DNA from: an archaeon
GTDB lineage: Archaea > Asgardarchaeota > Thorarchaeia > Thorarchaeales > Thorarchaeaceae
DNA: 64,000 bases
NCBI GenBank assembly: GCA_024276825.1
Contig: JAJRWI010000010.1
Location: 64,001-128,000 of the forward strand
Direction of reading: 5' to 3'
Part shown: in pieces, positions 9,356-18,985 of the stretch
Layout: each line of letters starts with the position of its first letter
Numbering within the stretch: the stretch's first letter is position 1
Notes under the pieces: model-generated
What the model was told of the DNA's origin: nothing
The model's database searches: none
Seen by the model: only the letters and a program-made list of their open reading frames with translations
Position numbers and translations under genes: made by a program

Positions 9356-9775
9356 ATGACAACCCATCATGCAAAAATTCAGATTCAGACAAGAGGGGAC
9401 TGTGATATGATAGATATCACTGAGAGGGTTGAAGACATCATCAGTAAGAGTGGAATGAGTTCGGGAGTCTGTACTGTTTTCTGTCAGGGTTCCACGGGAT
9501 CGATTATCACAATCGAGTATGAAGAGGGGCTTCTAAAGGACTTCCCGGACGCAATGGAGCGCATTGCACCGCGGGGCACAACTTACGAGCACCATCTCAG
9601 GTGGCATGATGGAAACGGTCATTCCCATATAAGGGCCTCAATTATTGGACCCAGTCTCACAATCCCATTTGTAAATGGAGAACTCACACTGGGCACTTGG
9701 CAGCAGGTCACCTTTGTTGATTTTGACAATAAGCCAAGAATGAGGACTATCCATGTGATGCTGGTTGGTGAGTAG
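9356..9775 (+). CDS. YjbQ/UPF0047 family protein
   Basis: YEHH...GNGHSHIRAS and LGTWQ motifs. Start moved to ATG 9356. Confidence 0.9.
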   Translation: MTTHHAKIQIQTRGDCDMIDITERVEDIISKSGMSSGVCTVFCQGSTGSIITIEYEEGLLKDFPDAMERIAPRGTTYEHHLRWHDGNGHSHIRASIIGPSLTIPFVNGELTLGTWQQVTFVDFDNKPRMRTIHVMLVGE

Positions 9776-10060
9776 TTAGAAACGACTTGTTTCAATGTCC
9801 CATGATAAAGGCGGTGCAACCTTACTGGAGGGGGATGAGTTTCTTATCTTCAGGGCCAAATAATGAATTCTTAGGGCTCTGCGAAGCCGGTGAAGTTCAA
9901 AGGGAATATTCCAGCCAGGAGGACTATTTCTATAGCTGAAGGAGTCGCAGAAGTTTCTGATTGTTTCAATCTCCCGTTTCACCTGTGCCTTGATATCTTC
10001 AATATCGCGATCGATTGTTGGGGAAAGAGGCCCATCATTCATCCTTATCTTCCTCGACAA
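9776..10060 (-). CDS. Hypothetical protein
   Basis: A 94-aa ORF that fills the gap downstream of nob1. No recognisable motif. Confidence 0.35.
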   Translation of the reverse strand: MSRKIRMNDGPLSPTIDRDIEDIKAQVKREIETIRNFCDSFSYRNSPPGWNIPFELHRLRRALRIHYLALKIRNSSPSSKVAPPLSWDIETSRF

Positions 10061-10106
10061 AAAGCTATCTCAATCTCAACAAATAACTAGGAGTATTACA
10101 TTGGTA

Positions 10107-10625
10107 TTACTTCCTGAGTTGGCGCCTATTGCGAACTCTTCTATGCATCAGTGTACCACACACAGGGCACTCCAAGGATTCGGGGGGCATGGTTTCAATA
10201 TGTCCGCATGCTGGACAAACAAGGCCCCAGCGTCTGCGATCCCTCATTCTGTCAGCGGGATCTAAAATTCCAAGTCCCAGATGGCTTGCAGTGTTGAGCA
10301 CTGCAATGTCCGTTGAAACCACAATGACCTGTTGGTCTTGTTCAACATTATCAAGAGCAATGGCAATCAGTTCTATGTCATTGGCTGAAAGAACCGTGAT
10401 GTCTCCTGTTTCTTTGGCCGCTGTCTTGGTCCTCTTGATGCTCTGGGAGGAGGGTAAGTCAGTCTTAAGACGTCCAATACTGATCAGGGTCTCCGCTCTT
10501 GACCTACTGGGACGATTATGAATTTCATCCATGATATTCTCAGTTGTCAGTAAATTATATTCAGGGTTCTTATCGGGCCAGTTCGAAAACAGAACTCCAG
10601 CATCGACAACAAAAAGATGTTTCAT
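10107..10625 (-). CDS. nob1: NOB1-family endonuclease (PIN domain plus Zn ribbon)
   Basis: VVDAG, TGD..VLSANDIEL and CPAC...CPVCG. Confidence 0.88.
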   Translation of the reverse strand: MKHLFVVDAGVLFSNWPDKNPEYNLLTTENIMDEIHNRPSRSRAETLISIGRLKTDLPSSQSIKRTKTAAKETGDITVLSANDIELIAIALDNVEQDQQVIVVSTDIAVLNTASHLGLGILDPADRMRDRRRWGLVCPACGHIETMPPESLECPVCGTLMHRRVRNRRQLRK

Positions 10626-10633
10626 AAATATCC

Positions 10634-11539
10634 CTACAGAGTTCTGGGTATAAGTCGTGTGTTGATGCGATCCCAGTAGTTGTCATATAGACGTATGAAT
10701 CGTGTCACCCCTTCAGCTTTTCGCATCCATACGATCTCTCTGGGTTCAACGGGATGGTGAGTCTGACCATCGACAACAGCAAGACCGGGAGCATCCGGCT
10801 TGACAAGCTCCAGCTCAACGACACTTGTGTCTGGGATGACCAGTGATTTCAGTTCGAACCGTGGGGGACATACAGGAACAAAGATCAGGCCCTTCACATC
10901 AGGAGCAAGAATAGAGCCCCCTGCAGCAAGAGCATAAGCAGAAGAGCCGCAGGGCGTTGCGACCATTGCACCGTCGGCACGCCCAAAATCAACTCTTACA
11001 CCATCGATATAGACTCGAAATGTGAGAAGGCGACCCGGGACTCTAGACACCACATAGACCTCATTCAGGGCGTCCTCAAAGGTCCTATCGCCAACCCCAG
11101 AGGCAAGATTAACATTTCTCACAATAATGCAGTCATTGGCGATAATTCGCTTCAATGCGCTGATTGCAGTGGTTGTACTACTCTCAGTGAGAAAGCCCAC
11201 AGTCCCCCTGTTAACACAGAAGAGAGGCGTTTCTCGATTCTTCAGTTTGGACAATGTGTAGAGAATCGTGCCGTCGCCGCCGATGGTTATTACAAAATCA
11301 ACATCAAAGTCTTCAATGTTGGTGGATTCAGCCCTCGAGTGCAGGAGGTTGCATGATCCCGAGTCGACAATCACTTCAATGTCATTGTCCAAAAGAAAGC
11401 CCGCAATCCGGTCAGCAATCTTTTCTATCTCTGTACGGCCGAGTCTACATACCAGACCCACTCTTCGTTTGTCGCTCAGGATTGTAGGGTTGTCCTCGAT
11501 CACCTTACGGACACATCCAGATATAAGGAGGTTATACAT
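10634..11539 (-). CDS. nadK: NAD(+) kinase
   Basis: GGDGT, GTVGFL, LNE and ADG..VATP.GSSAY..AAGG motifs. Start uncertain. Confidence 0.93.
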   Translation of the reverse strand: MYNLLISGCVRKVIEDNPTILSDKRRVGLVCRLGRTEIEKIADRIAGFLLDNDIEVIVDSGSCNLLHSRAESTNIEDFDVDFVITIGGDGTILYTLSKLKNRETPLFCVNRGTVGFLTESSTTTAISALKRIIANDCIIVRNVNLASGVGDRTFEDALNEVYVVSRVPGRLLTFRVYIDGVRVDFGRADGAMVATPCGSSAYALAAGGSILAPDVKGLIFVPVCPPRFELKSLVIPDTSVVELELVKPDAPGLAVVDGQTHHPVEPREIVWMRKAEGVTRFIRLYDNYWDRINTRLIPRTL

Positions 11540-11658
11540 CTGTTGAAGAGAAATACTATGTTTTAGATATTGTGATGTTGTTTTTCAAAAAGTATATCTT
11601 TAAGTCGGTTCCTGTTTGCAGGAGCAAGTCTGCAACAAGTAGAATACTGGTGATATAA

Positions 11659-12063
11659 TTGAGCATCAAGAAGACAGTTGTTAAGACACTGAAACCGGGT
11701 AGCTATTTCATAATTGAAGACGAGCCTTGTAAAGTCGTTAGCATTGAAAAGTCAAAGCCAGGAAAGCATGGGGCTGCAAAGGCCAATATAACCGCAATTG
11801 GGTTCTTTACTGGCAGAAAACGCAATGTGATCATGCCTGCTGACAGAATGGTCGATGTGCCGGTCATCGATAAGAGAAGTGCCACAATTATTGCTGTGAT
11901 GGATGATAACCTCAGCCTGATGGATTCTGAAACATACGAGACCTATGATGTCCCCAAGCCTGCTGATGAGGAGATTGCATCCAAGATCGAGCTGAATGCA
12001 ACAGTTGAGGTATGGGAGGTCATGGGTAGAAAAGTCATCGTTCGTGTAAAGAGCGGGGAATAA
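11659..12063 (+). CDS. eif5a: Translation factor aIF-5A
   Basis: Hypusine loop SKPGKHGAAK. TTG start preceded by GGTGA. Confidence 0.96.
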   Translation: MSIKKTVVKTLKPGSYFIIEDEPCKVVSIEKSKPGKHGAAKANITAIGFFTGRKRNVIMPADRMVDVPVIDKRSATIIAVMDDNLSLMDSETYETYDVPKPADEEIASKIELNATVEVWEVMGRKVIVRVKSGE

Positions 12064-12130
12064 GCCCCCTTATGAGCCCAAGCCAAACAATTTATCACTT
12101 GCCTGAACGAAAGTCCATCTGGAGATATCG

Positions 12131-12604
12131 GTGGGCTCAGAAAAGAAGATTGATTCAAAGGACAGAAAAATTATCGAGATTCTTCTTAATGATGCTGAGA
12201 GTTCACTCAGAAAGATTGCAAGGGAAGTTTCGCTTAGCCCAAGTTCTATCCGAAATCGCATCCTTCGGCTCAAGGAGATAGGAGTGATCAAGAAATTTAC
12301 AATCTCTCTTGATTATTATAAACTGGGTTATAGTATTCAGGTCATCATCATGCTCACGTGTAAAACAGGATTCTCAGAGTCAGTCTATTCTCGTCTTAAA
12401 AAGATCCCGCAGGTCCATGATATATTCTGGACCACAGGTCCGGCCAACTTCCTAATTCTGGTAAGAGTTGCAGACATGAATGAACTAACACAACTCATCA
12501 CCGGAAAATTGGAGCACACCGAAGGTATTGAGAAAATCGAAACAATGTTTCTTATGCCCAGAACCGAATGTAAAAAGAGAGATGGTGCGGAGGGCGAGAT
12601 TTGA
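12131..12604 (+). CDS. Lrp/AsnC family transcriptional regulator
   Basis: IDSKDRKIIEIL...SLRKIAREVSLS...RILRLKEIGVI HTH plus a RAM domain. Confidence 0.9.
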   Translation: MGSEKKIDSKDRKIIEILLNDAESSLRKIAREVSLSPSSIRNRILRLKEIGVIKKFTISLDYYKLGYSIQVIIMLTCKTGFSESVYSRLKKIPQVHDIFWTTGPANFLILVRVADMNELTQLITGKLEHTEGIEKIETMFLMPRTECKKRDGAEGEI

Positions 12605-12670
12605 ACTCGCGAACTCCTACGAGACAGGGACCTGAACCCTGCGCCTTTGACCTGGCTTGGCAACCTCCGC
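12583..12670 (-). tRNA. tRNA-Leu(CAG)
   Basis: The reverse complement folds as a cloverleaf: GCGGAGG acceptor, CAGGG-TT-CAG-GT-CCCTG anticodon arm, long variable arm, GTTCAAATC T-loop and encoded CCA. Confidence 0.96.
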
Positions 12671-12785
12671 TATATAGATGCCATATGTGTTGACTAGAGG
12701 TCTGGTTCTCAAGAAATTAATATCTCTTTCCATGAGTCATTTATCTATAGGTGATGATGGAAAGCTCGAAGCTGAAGTTTACTTC

Positions 12786-13261
12786 TCAGTTCAGACGATC
12801 AATGATGGTAAACACTTCATTAGTATGACTGCGAACTTTCACGCCATCCCAGACCTCACTATTTTCCAATCAAGATTAATAATAAAAGTCGCTTTTACAC
12901 TGCTCATATACTCACGAACCATGAACTTCTTTTTGCCCCAGACACCGTACATCTGTTGTATGGTGGTTTCTTTATCCGAGAGAAGCATGATTTTAAGCTT
13001 CTTCGCCTCGATGAAGTTCTGGTGCGACCAGAGGCTGTCCTTGCTGACACCAAGAATGATAGTGTTCTTCTTCTCGAATTGTGGCTTAAGGTTGGTAAAG
13101 TCCTTGGCCTCCATAGTACAGCCTGGAGTCTTGTCCTTTGGATAAAAATAGAGCACGACATACTTTCCTCTGATGTCCTTCAGGCAGGTTTCTTCACCAT
13201 TGCTGTCAGAAAGGCAGAAGTCAGGCGCCTGATCACCTTCACTCAATATTGTGTTTTTCAA
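12786..13261 (-). pseudogene. bcp: Peroxiredoxin BCP, frameshifted near the C-terminus
   Basis: APDF and YFYPKDKTPGCT.EA motifs. After KIVR the expected tail VWDGVKVRSHTNEV...* lies in another frame (shift at about 12854-12856). Confidence 0.78.
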
Positions 13262-13344
13262 AAAGAAACCTCGTGAAGGAGTGAAACATAACTTCAATCA
13301 CATAATGCAATTGACATAGAAACCTCAGCTCTGCATTTAATGAC

Positions 13345-13650
13345 CTATCTAGTAAAGTGTTGTTTGACCTGTGGAAGATTCAAGTAGACTAGAGTGATGA
13401 CGCACAGGATAATTCCTTCAAATGCAAGAAATGAAAGGGCGTACAGTGGAATACCAAGGATGTTTAGGAAGATGGCAAAATTCCATGCCGAAGGGTCATC
13501 GCGCATCATACCAAGAGCGGCCCAGAGTGCAAGTGCAGCTATAACAATTCCAACTGCAGACAAGGCGTCTTCCCAGACTGCAAGTCCAACGCCTGCCACA
13601 AATAGTCCAGTCAGTGCATTTGCAATCAATAGGAAAATTGCAATAGTCAC
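13345..13650 (-). CDS. Small membrane protein, hypothetical
   Basis: Three to four hydrophobic segments and a C-terminal YLNLPQVKQHF motif. Confidence 0.6.
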   Translation of the reverse strand: MTIAIFLLIANALTGLFVAGVGLAVWEDALSAVGIVIAALALWAALGMMRDDPSAWNFAIFLNILGIPLYALSFLAFEGIILCVITLVYLNLPQVKQHFTR

Positions 13651-13805
13651 CTCAAAAGGACGTTGAGTTGCCTGTGGTGTAGCTATTTACATAAGTAATC
13701 ACTTTAGTAGAAGTCGTGCGGGTGCTAAAGAGTATTCTGGTTTTTTCTCTGAAATGTTAAGATTCATAATTCAATTCTGGGCAAAGGAGTCGATGCTTAC
13801 GACTG

Positions 13806-14561
13806 TCAGCGAATTCCCTCATTGAATGATCTAATCAGATGTTTCAAGCCGCTCCAATCACCAATGTTATCTTTCACAATTTTCTGATCCATGGCCTCTT
13901 TGGTAGAGCCATCATAAACAATTCGACCATTTTCAATCACAGCCACCGAATCTGACCAGTTCTCAATAAAGAACCTGTTATGGGTGGTATAGAGAATTGT
14001 AACACCATCTTGTCTCATCTTATTGATTATCTCAATCATATTGGAAACCATCTTGAAGTCAAATCCAGTGAAGGGCTCATCAAGAATGAGAATGCTTGGC
14101 CGCATGGCGATGATTCCGGCCAGAGCTATTCTCTTTGCCTGTCCATGACTCAACTGATTGACGGGGCGCTCTTCATACCCTATCATGTCAACAATCTCTA
14201 GTGCCCATCTGACCCTCTCATCAATCTCAGACTTGGAGAGTCCCAGATTTCGCGGACCGAATGACACATCCTCCCAGACGGTTGGGGCAAAGAGTTGGTC
14301 ATTTGGGTTCTGAAACAGAAAGCCAATGTCCTGACGGATCTCCCAGAGATTCTCATGAGTGACCTCTCTCTCAAACACATGAATAGAACCAGATGTAGGC
14401 TCTAAAAGTCCGAGAATCAGCTTGAACAGTGTTGTCTTTCCAGACCCGTTCAGCCCAACAAGTACCTTCTGCTCGCCAATGTGAAGCTGCAGGCTCACGT
14501 CTTCCATTCTAAAGTCATCATAGCTGAAGAACACATGACTGACATCAATTGCGCAGGTCAT
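13806..14561 (-). CDS. cbiO: ECF transporter ATPase (CbiO/NikO)
   Basis: GLNGSGKT, FQNPNDQLF, LSHGQ and LDEP. Confidence 0.92.
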   Translation of the reverse strand: MTCAIDVSHVFFSYDDFRMEDVSLQLHIGEQKVLVGLNGSGKTTLFKLILGLLEPTSGSIHVFEREVTHENLWEIRQDIGFLFQNPNDQLFAPTVWEDVSFGPRNLGLSKSEIDERVRWALEIVDMIGYEERPVNQLSHGQAKRIALAGIIAMRPSILILDEPFTGFDFKMVSNMIEIINKMRQDGVTILYTTHNRFFIENWSDSVAVIENGRIVYDGSTKEAMDQKIVKDNIGDWSGLKHLIRSFNEGIR

Positions 14562-15340
14562 ATTATTATCAACTCCAAATGCGGGATTAAGAATAACATG
14601 CTTAACACCAATACAGCTAGAAGTACCAGAAGAATCGCATCACTTCGTTTCACCCCAGTTTCGGAGATCATCGAGCCTTTTCCAAAACCGCGCAGCGCCA
14701 TTGCCTCATATACCACAATGCTACGATCAAACGCTCTATCAATTGTAGTCCCAACTAGGTTTCCAAGGGAGCGTATCTTTTGCCAGCGATTCCCAAGGTC
14801 ATAGCCACGAAGAATCTGGGCATTGTGCATCTGAGAGCGCTCCTCCATAAACAGAGGAATGAACCTTAGCATGATGAGCAGAGAACCAAGCATTGCAGTT
14901 GGTACCTGCAAGGTCTTAAGGGCACCAATGAACTCTGAGAGGGTCATATGTGAAAGGGTTGTGATGAAGATGAGGATTATTGTGATCATTCTCAAGGCAA
15001 GTAGAAGGCCGCGCTCAACACCCTCCTGAAAGACTGGGAGTGTGCCCCAAGGAAGGGATATTTGAAACAGAACAGTGGTGCCATAGATGAGTGGGATAAT
15101 CAGCAGCCATGCAAGGATTATCACTTCAATCTTTGAGATCAATGATAACACAGTGCCCCAGCGTGTTCGTGCCACGATTCCACCCATCACCACAATGCCC
15201 AGTATGAATAGCACATAGATCAGGGAGTTCTGAATTGAAACAAAGGCTGCAAGGAAAAAGGAGGAAACGAGCATTCCTGTAGATGAGAATAGGCTCCTCG
15301 ATGTTCTACCCTCAGAAAAGGGCAACAGGAATTTGCTCAT
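14558..15340 (-). CDS. cbiQ: ECF transporter T component (CbiQ/NikQ)
   Basis: TM helices, LRFIP, AQILRG and AMALRG motifs. Confidence 0.9.
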   Translation of the reverse strand: MSKFLLPFSEGRTSRSLFSSTGMLVSSFFLAAFVSIQNSLIYVLFILGIVVMGGIVARTRWGTVLSLISKIEVIILAWLLIIPLIYGTTVLFQISLPWGTLPVFQEGVERGLLLALRMITIILIFITTLSHMTLSEFIGALKTLQVPTAMLGSLLIMLRFIPLFMEERSQMHNAQILRGYDLGNRWQKIRSLGNLVGTTIDRAFDRSIVVYEAMALRGFGKGSMISETGVKRSDAILLVLLAVLVLSMLFLIPHLELIII

Positions 15341-15354
15341 CTCATTTCACTCAT

Positions 15355-15642
15355 TTACTCTTTCCTCGCGGTGGCTTTGAAGAGAATCAGGCCTAGCACG
15401 AAGACCAAAAGAACTCCAATCACACCAGTGAAAAGTTCTACCATGGGGCCTTCACCCAGAAAAGCCCACATTCCTTCAAAGCCAGACTCTGGCTCAGACA
15501 CATTTGCAAACTCAAAGAACGCCCATTCAAAGCCATCGGGATTACTGGATGCAAGACCTCCAAGAATCACAATGGACAGGATGACGACAATTATCACAAT
15601 AGTGGGAACCACAAATTTGACAATATCCTCGCGCCGCATCAT
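15355..15642 (-). CDS. NikN-like PDGLE-domain membrane component
   Basis: ASSNPDGFE between two TM helices, within the cbiM-Q-O operon. Confidence 0.82.
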   Translation of the reverse strand: MMRREDIVKFVVPTIVIIVVILSIVILGGLASSNPDGFEWAFFEFANVSEPESGFEGMWAFLGEGPMVELFTGVIGVLLVFVLGLILFKATARKE

Positions 15643-16350
15643 TTAACCCTCCTGAACACTATCAATGCTCAAAGGCTTGATAGGCACATCTGCTGCATCC
15701 CTTGTTTTGCTTCCCTTTAGAAGTGCAATAAGAGTTGGCTTGGCTCTCACAAAGTACTCCAGTATCACAACAGTGAGTATTGCCTCACCAATTGCGATGA
15801 TTGAATGAATTGAAGTGATTGCCACAAGTGCAGTAAAGCCAAATGCAGGTTCTGTCATTAACTCCAGACCAAGAACAAAAGCTGCTGCGACTGTGACAAT
15901 ATATGAAGTGATTGCAGCTGAAAGGAGTAGGGCCGATTTCTCGCTCAGTTTCTTCCTTGCAGTCTTGAATATCAGAACACCGAGTGTCCATGCAAACAGA
16001 CATGAGAACACACCCATATTGAACAGGTTCAGTCCATACATCAAGAGACCGCCATCACCATAGAGAGCTTGGATGAACAGCACAAGTGCAATAATGATTA
16101 TTCCAACCCAGGGGCCAACCATCATTGCAAGTAGAGTTGCACCGATAAGGTGTCCACTCGAATATGGTGGAACTGGAAAATTGACAAACTGCGCCGCGAA
16201 TATCACTGCCGCCAGTACTCCAATATATGGTACCACACGCTCATCGAGTTTTTTGTTGATCATTATCAGAGAGAAGATTAGAAATGCTCCGCTCACGATT
16301 AGCATTAATATCTGTAGCCAGAGCGGAAGGACTCCATCAGGTACATGCAT
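15643..16350 (-). CDS. cbiM: Ni/Co ECF substrate component CbiM/NikM
   Basis: The true start is the metal-binding N-terminus MHVPDG at 16350. Also SSGHLIG and GDGG motifs. Confidence 0.92.
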   Translation of the reverse strand: MHVPDGVLPLWLQILMLIVSGAFLIFSLIMINKKLDERVVPYIGVLAAVIFAAQFVNFPVPPYSSGHLIGATLLAMMVGPWVGIIIIALVLFIQALYGDGGLLMYGLNLFNMGVFSCLFAWTLGVLIFKTARKKLSEKSALLLSAAITSYIVTVAAAFVLGLELMTEPAFGFTALVAITSIHSIIAIGEAILTVVILEYFVRAKPTLIALLKGSKTRDAADVPIKPLSIDSVQEG

Positions 16351-16396
16351 GATATCACTCTCATTATTGAAGTGTAAATGGGCATGGAACACACCA

Positions 16397-16431
16397 CTTA
16401 TAAAGTAGCACGTTTGTGGAAAACGTGACAC
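16397..16431. promoter_or_regulatory. Shared TATA element and candidate NikR operator between divergent cbiM and nikR
   Basis: CTTATAAAG (16397-16405) abuts GTAGCA-N15-TGACAC, which contains the inverted repeat CACGTTT-N5-AAACGTG. Confidence 0.55.
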
Positions 16432-16450
16432 TCGGGATGTGAGTTGTGTT

Positions 16451-16882
16451 ATGAGTCTGAAAAGATTCGGAGTTTCAGTTCAAGAAGACCTCCTAAGTGA
16501 GTTTGATGATCTTATCATGAAGAAGGGATATATTGGCAGGTCTGAGGCAATTAGGGATGCAATGCGTCTGTTTATCACGGAGTCTGAGTGGGATGCTGGA
16601 GAGGGAGAGATGGCTGCAACACTCACCATCGTATATGGGCACAGGCCCAAGCTGATCAGCCAACTCATCAGGGCGCAGCATCAGGCGAGAGCAACTGTTA
16701 TCTCAACCACACACATACATGTGTCGCAGAGCTATTGCCTTGAGGTTCTGACAATCAGGGGCACTCGTCATGAGATAGAGGAGTTGAATAGAGAGGTTTC
16801 TGGACTGCGGGGTGTTGTGTATTCAAAGCTTTTTGCATTCTCAGTCCCTGAAGATGATGAACATGAGCATCATCATCATTGA
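16451..16882 (+). CDS. nikR: Nickel-responsive regulator NikR
   Basis: RFGVS...RSEAIRDA RHH, QH, HIH...CLE and a His-rich tail. Confidence 0.93.
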   Translation: MSLKRFGVSVQEDLLSEFDDLIMKKGYIGRSEAIRDAMRLFITESEWDAGEGEMAATLTIVYGHRPKLISQLIRAQHQARATVISTTHIHVSQSYCLEVLTIRGTRHEIEELNREVSGLRGVVYSKLFAFSVPEDDEHEHHHH

Positions 16883-16891
16883 TTTCGTTCA

Positions 16892-18175
16892 TTAAACGAC
16901 CTTATCAAGGCCAGCTTCAGAGTTGCGCTCATTCCAGTACTCTAAAAACTCTGAGGGTATATCATTGGATGGTTTGCTCTTGCTGGCAATCGCCTCTGTC
17001 TTCTGCTCGAATTCTATAAACAGGCCCGCAATAACATCCAGCCTGTTCTCGCGGTACTTGTTGTAGATTTGTTGCTGATAGTCACTCACAAGTTTTGCAA
17101 CTGCGGGAAGAGAGTCAGCAAATGCCATAGATATCTTTCGACTCACTACTTCGCGTTTCCACCAATGAGATTCAATAGAGTGTTTCTCGTCACCAACATC
17201 AAAGCCTGAATAGATGATGGGATTATCGAATGAGATGGGATAAAAGAGGTTCATACAGGGACTCGAAGCTCCTGTGAACCAATGAGTGCTTTTGATGTCC
17301 AATTCAGAGATTTGGGAACAGGTTGATGCGTAGGCATTCTCATGACCTGCATGCTGACAGACAGCTGCGACCTCTTGATTCCACGGGGACCATCCCTCAG
17401 GGTGACTTCTCAGAACCTCACACATCTTTGAGAATGTGAGTTGTCCCTTATTATCCTCCAAGAATCTTGTTGTGTAACTCAATCGATCATCACATCTTGA
17501 GATATATCGCATTGCCTCATTTCCATAGGCTAGGGCAAAATCAAATTCATTGGACTCGTCATACCATCCCTGCTCGATAGCATGTTCGATAATATCAGGT
17601 GAGGCCTTGTCCCAAGAGTTCCTGATTGTATATCCATTGGAAATAGCCCATGCTGATTCGACTCGTTTTGCAACCCACCGCCTATCAGAGGTTTCCAACA
17701 CCCAAGCAGTGTCTTTGTCAGCAATGATGAAACTGTTGTGGTACATCAAGACACCTTTGTACTCGCAAACGCCACCCTGTCCGTGACTTTCAAGAAGGCG
17801 GGTAATGACATCGAGCGCCTCATTAGCATTCTTGGAACGCTCTAGAGCCAGTCGGAGCAGATCCATTCCGAGAAGACCATTTTCAGGAACTTCTTCGTTT
17901 GAGAAGACGGCTTCATTACCAACAACAACGCCATGTTCATTGGCGCCCATCTCAGCACCCCAAATCCAAAAGGGTCTAGATATTATCACAGCATAGGTCT
18001 CCCGGACTTGGGGGATTGAGATGTGAGTGCATTTCAAAAGACTATCAGAGTCATGACTGACTCGTGGATGATATTCGACAAGCTGGGCCTCATTGGGAGG
18101 CCGATCGCTGTTCTTTCCGAATATGGTAATCCCATTCTCAGTGGCGTCCTTTAGAGCAATGAGTGTGTCGCACAT
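16892..18175 (-). CDS. Peptidase C69 family (dipeptidase/secernin-like Ntn hydrolase)
   Basis: N-terminal MCDT nucleophile, FGKNSDRPPNE, WGAEMGANEHGV and GMDLLRLALER. Confidence 0.92.
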   Translation of the reverse strand: MCDTLIALKDATENGITIFGKNSDRPPNEAQLVEYHPRVSHDSDSLLKCTHISIPQVRETYAVIISRPFWIWGAEMGANEHGVVVGNEAVFSNEEVPENGLLGMDLLRLALERSKNANEALDVITRLLESHGQGGVCEYKGVLMYHNSFIIADKDTAWVLETSDRRWVAKRVESAWAISNGYTIRNSWDKASPDIIEHAIEQGWYDESNEFDFALAYGNEAMRYISRCDDRLSYTTRFLEDNKGQLTFSKMCEVLRSHPEGWSPWNQEVAAVCQHAGHENAYASTCSQISELDIKSTHWFTGASSPCMNLFYPISFDNPIIYSGFDVGDEKHSIESHWWKREVVSRKISMAFADSLPAVAKLVSDYQQQIYNKYRENRLDVIAGLFIEFEQKTEAIASKSKPSNDIPSEFLEYWNERNSEAGLDKVV

Positions 18176-18235
18176 ATCGCTAGGAGTATGATTAGTAGAC
18201 TATAACAATTTCGAGAGGTTCATTAGTAATCCAAA

Positions 18236-18967
18236 TCATGTGTTGATTGGCTCACCTTTCTTTCTAAAGAGAATAAGAGTCACCGCAAGACCGATTGCAA
18301 TCAGCAAAGATGAACCAAGTATCACAGGAAATGGGTCACTGCATGACTGGCAAGGAATCGCCTCTGAATATTTGCTCACAATCGAGGCAGTTGAATTCAA
18401 GAGCAATGTCCACCGTTCACCTTCAGCAACTAGATGGAATCTCAAGCGCCAGAGATAGGTCGTATTCATATTTGCCATACTGCCAGGAATCACGACAATC
18501 TCTTCACAGAGACCCCAATAATGATCATTGCGAGCGAAGAAGTCAGTTGCTGATTCTATAATGGATGTAAATTCGTTTTCATTGTCAGGTTGAAATATGG
18601 CAAGTTGGACTAGTGACTTGTTATCTGCAGTAAGCATTGCCAGATACTGATAGAATCCAGATTGATTGATATGGACAATGGCAAAAGTGCTGAGAGAGGT
18701 GGAGTGGGTCAAATTGGAGTCAATGGGGCCAAGTGCTTCCCAGAAGAGTGTGCTGTTGTTATGGATTATGCGTTTAAGACTTGACTCATTATTGAATATC
18801 TCGTATTTGTTCACTAGTGGGGCAATGTCTTCGGGAACAAGTTTCAACTCTCGATAATTCACTGTTATCACTGGGAGGTTTTCTTGAGCAGAGGTAATGG
18901 GAAGAGATGCTAGATGAATCAATAGAACAACCAGTACAAAATGTATGCGTTTCATTATGACTTGCAT
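18236..18967 (-). CDS. Secreted/surface protein with a C-terminal membrane anchor, hypothetical
   Basis: Signal-peptide-like N-terminus, many N-x-S/T sequons, CQSC, and a C-terminal TM followed by RKK. Confidence 0.65.
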   Translation of the reverse strand: MQVIMKRIHFVLVVLLIHLASLPITSAQENLPVITVNYRELKLVPEDIAPLVNKYEIFNNESSLKRIIHNNSTLFWEALGPIDSNLTHSTSLSTFAIVHINQSGFYQYLAMLTADNKSLVQLAIFQPDNENEFTSIIESATDFFARNDHYWGLCEEIVVIPGSMANMNTTYLWRLRFHLVAEGERWTLLLNSTASIVSKYSEAIPCQSCSDPFPVILGSSLLIAIGLAVTLILFRKKGEPINT

Positions 18968-18985
18968 ATTACATCATTGGTTAAA

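Noticed and set aside
10107-10625. NOB1 as an inactive variant (STD instead of TDD)
   Set aside because: The other PIN acidic residues and the Zn ribbon are intact and one Asp remains in the motif. That is not enough to call it inactive.
12839-12841. Selenocysteine read-through at the TGA ending the BCP ORF
   Set aside because: The TGA lies after the frameshift point and the conserved tail is in another frame. The peroxidatic residue is a normal Cys.
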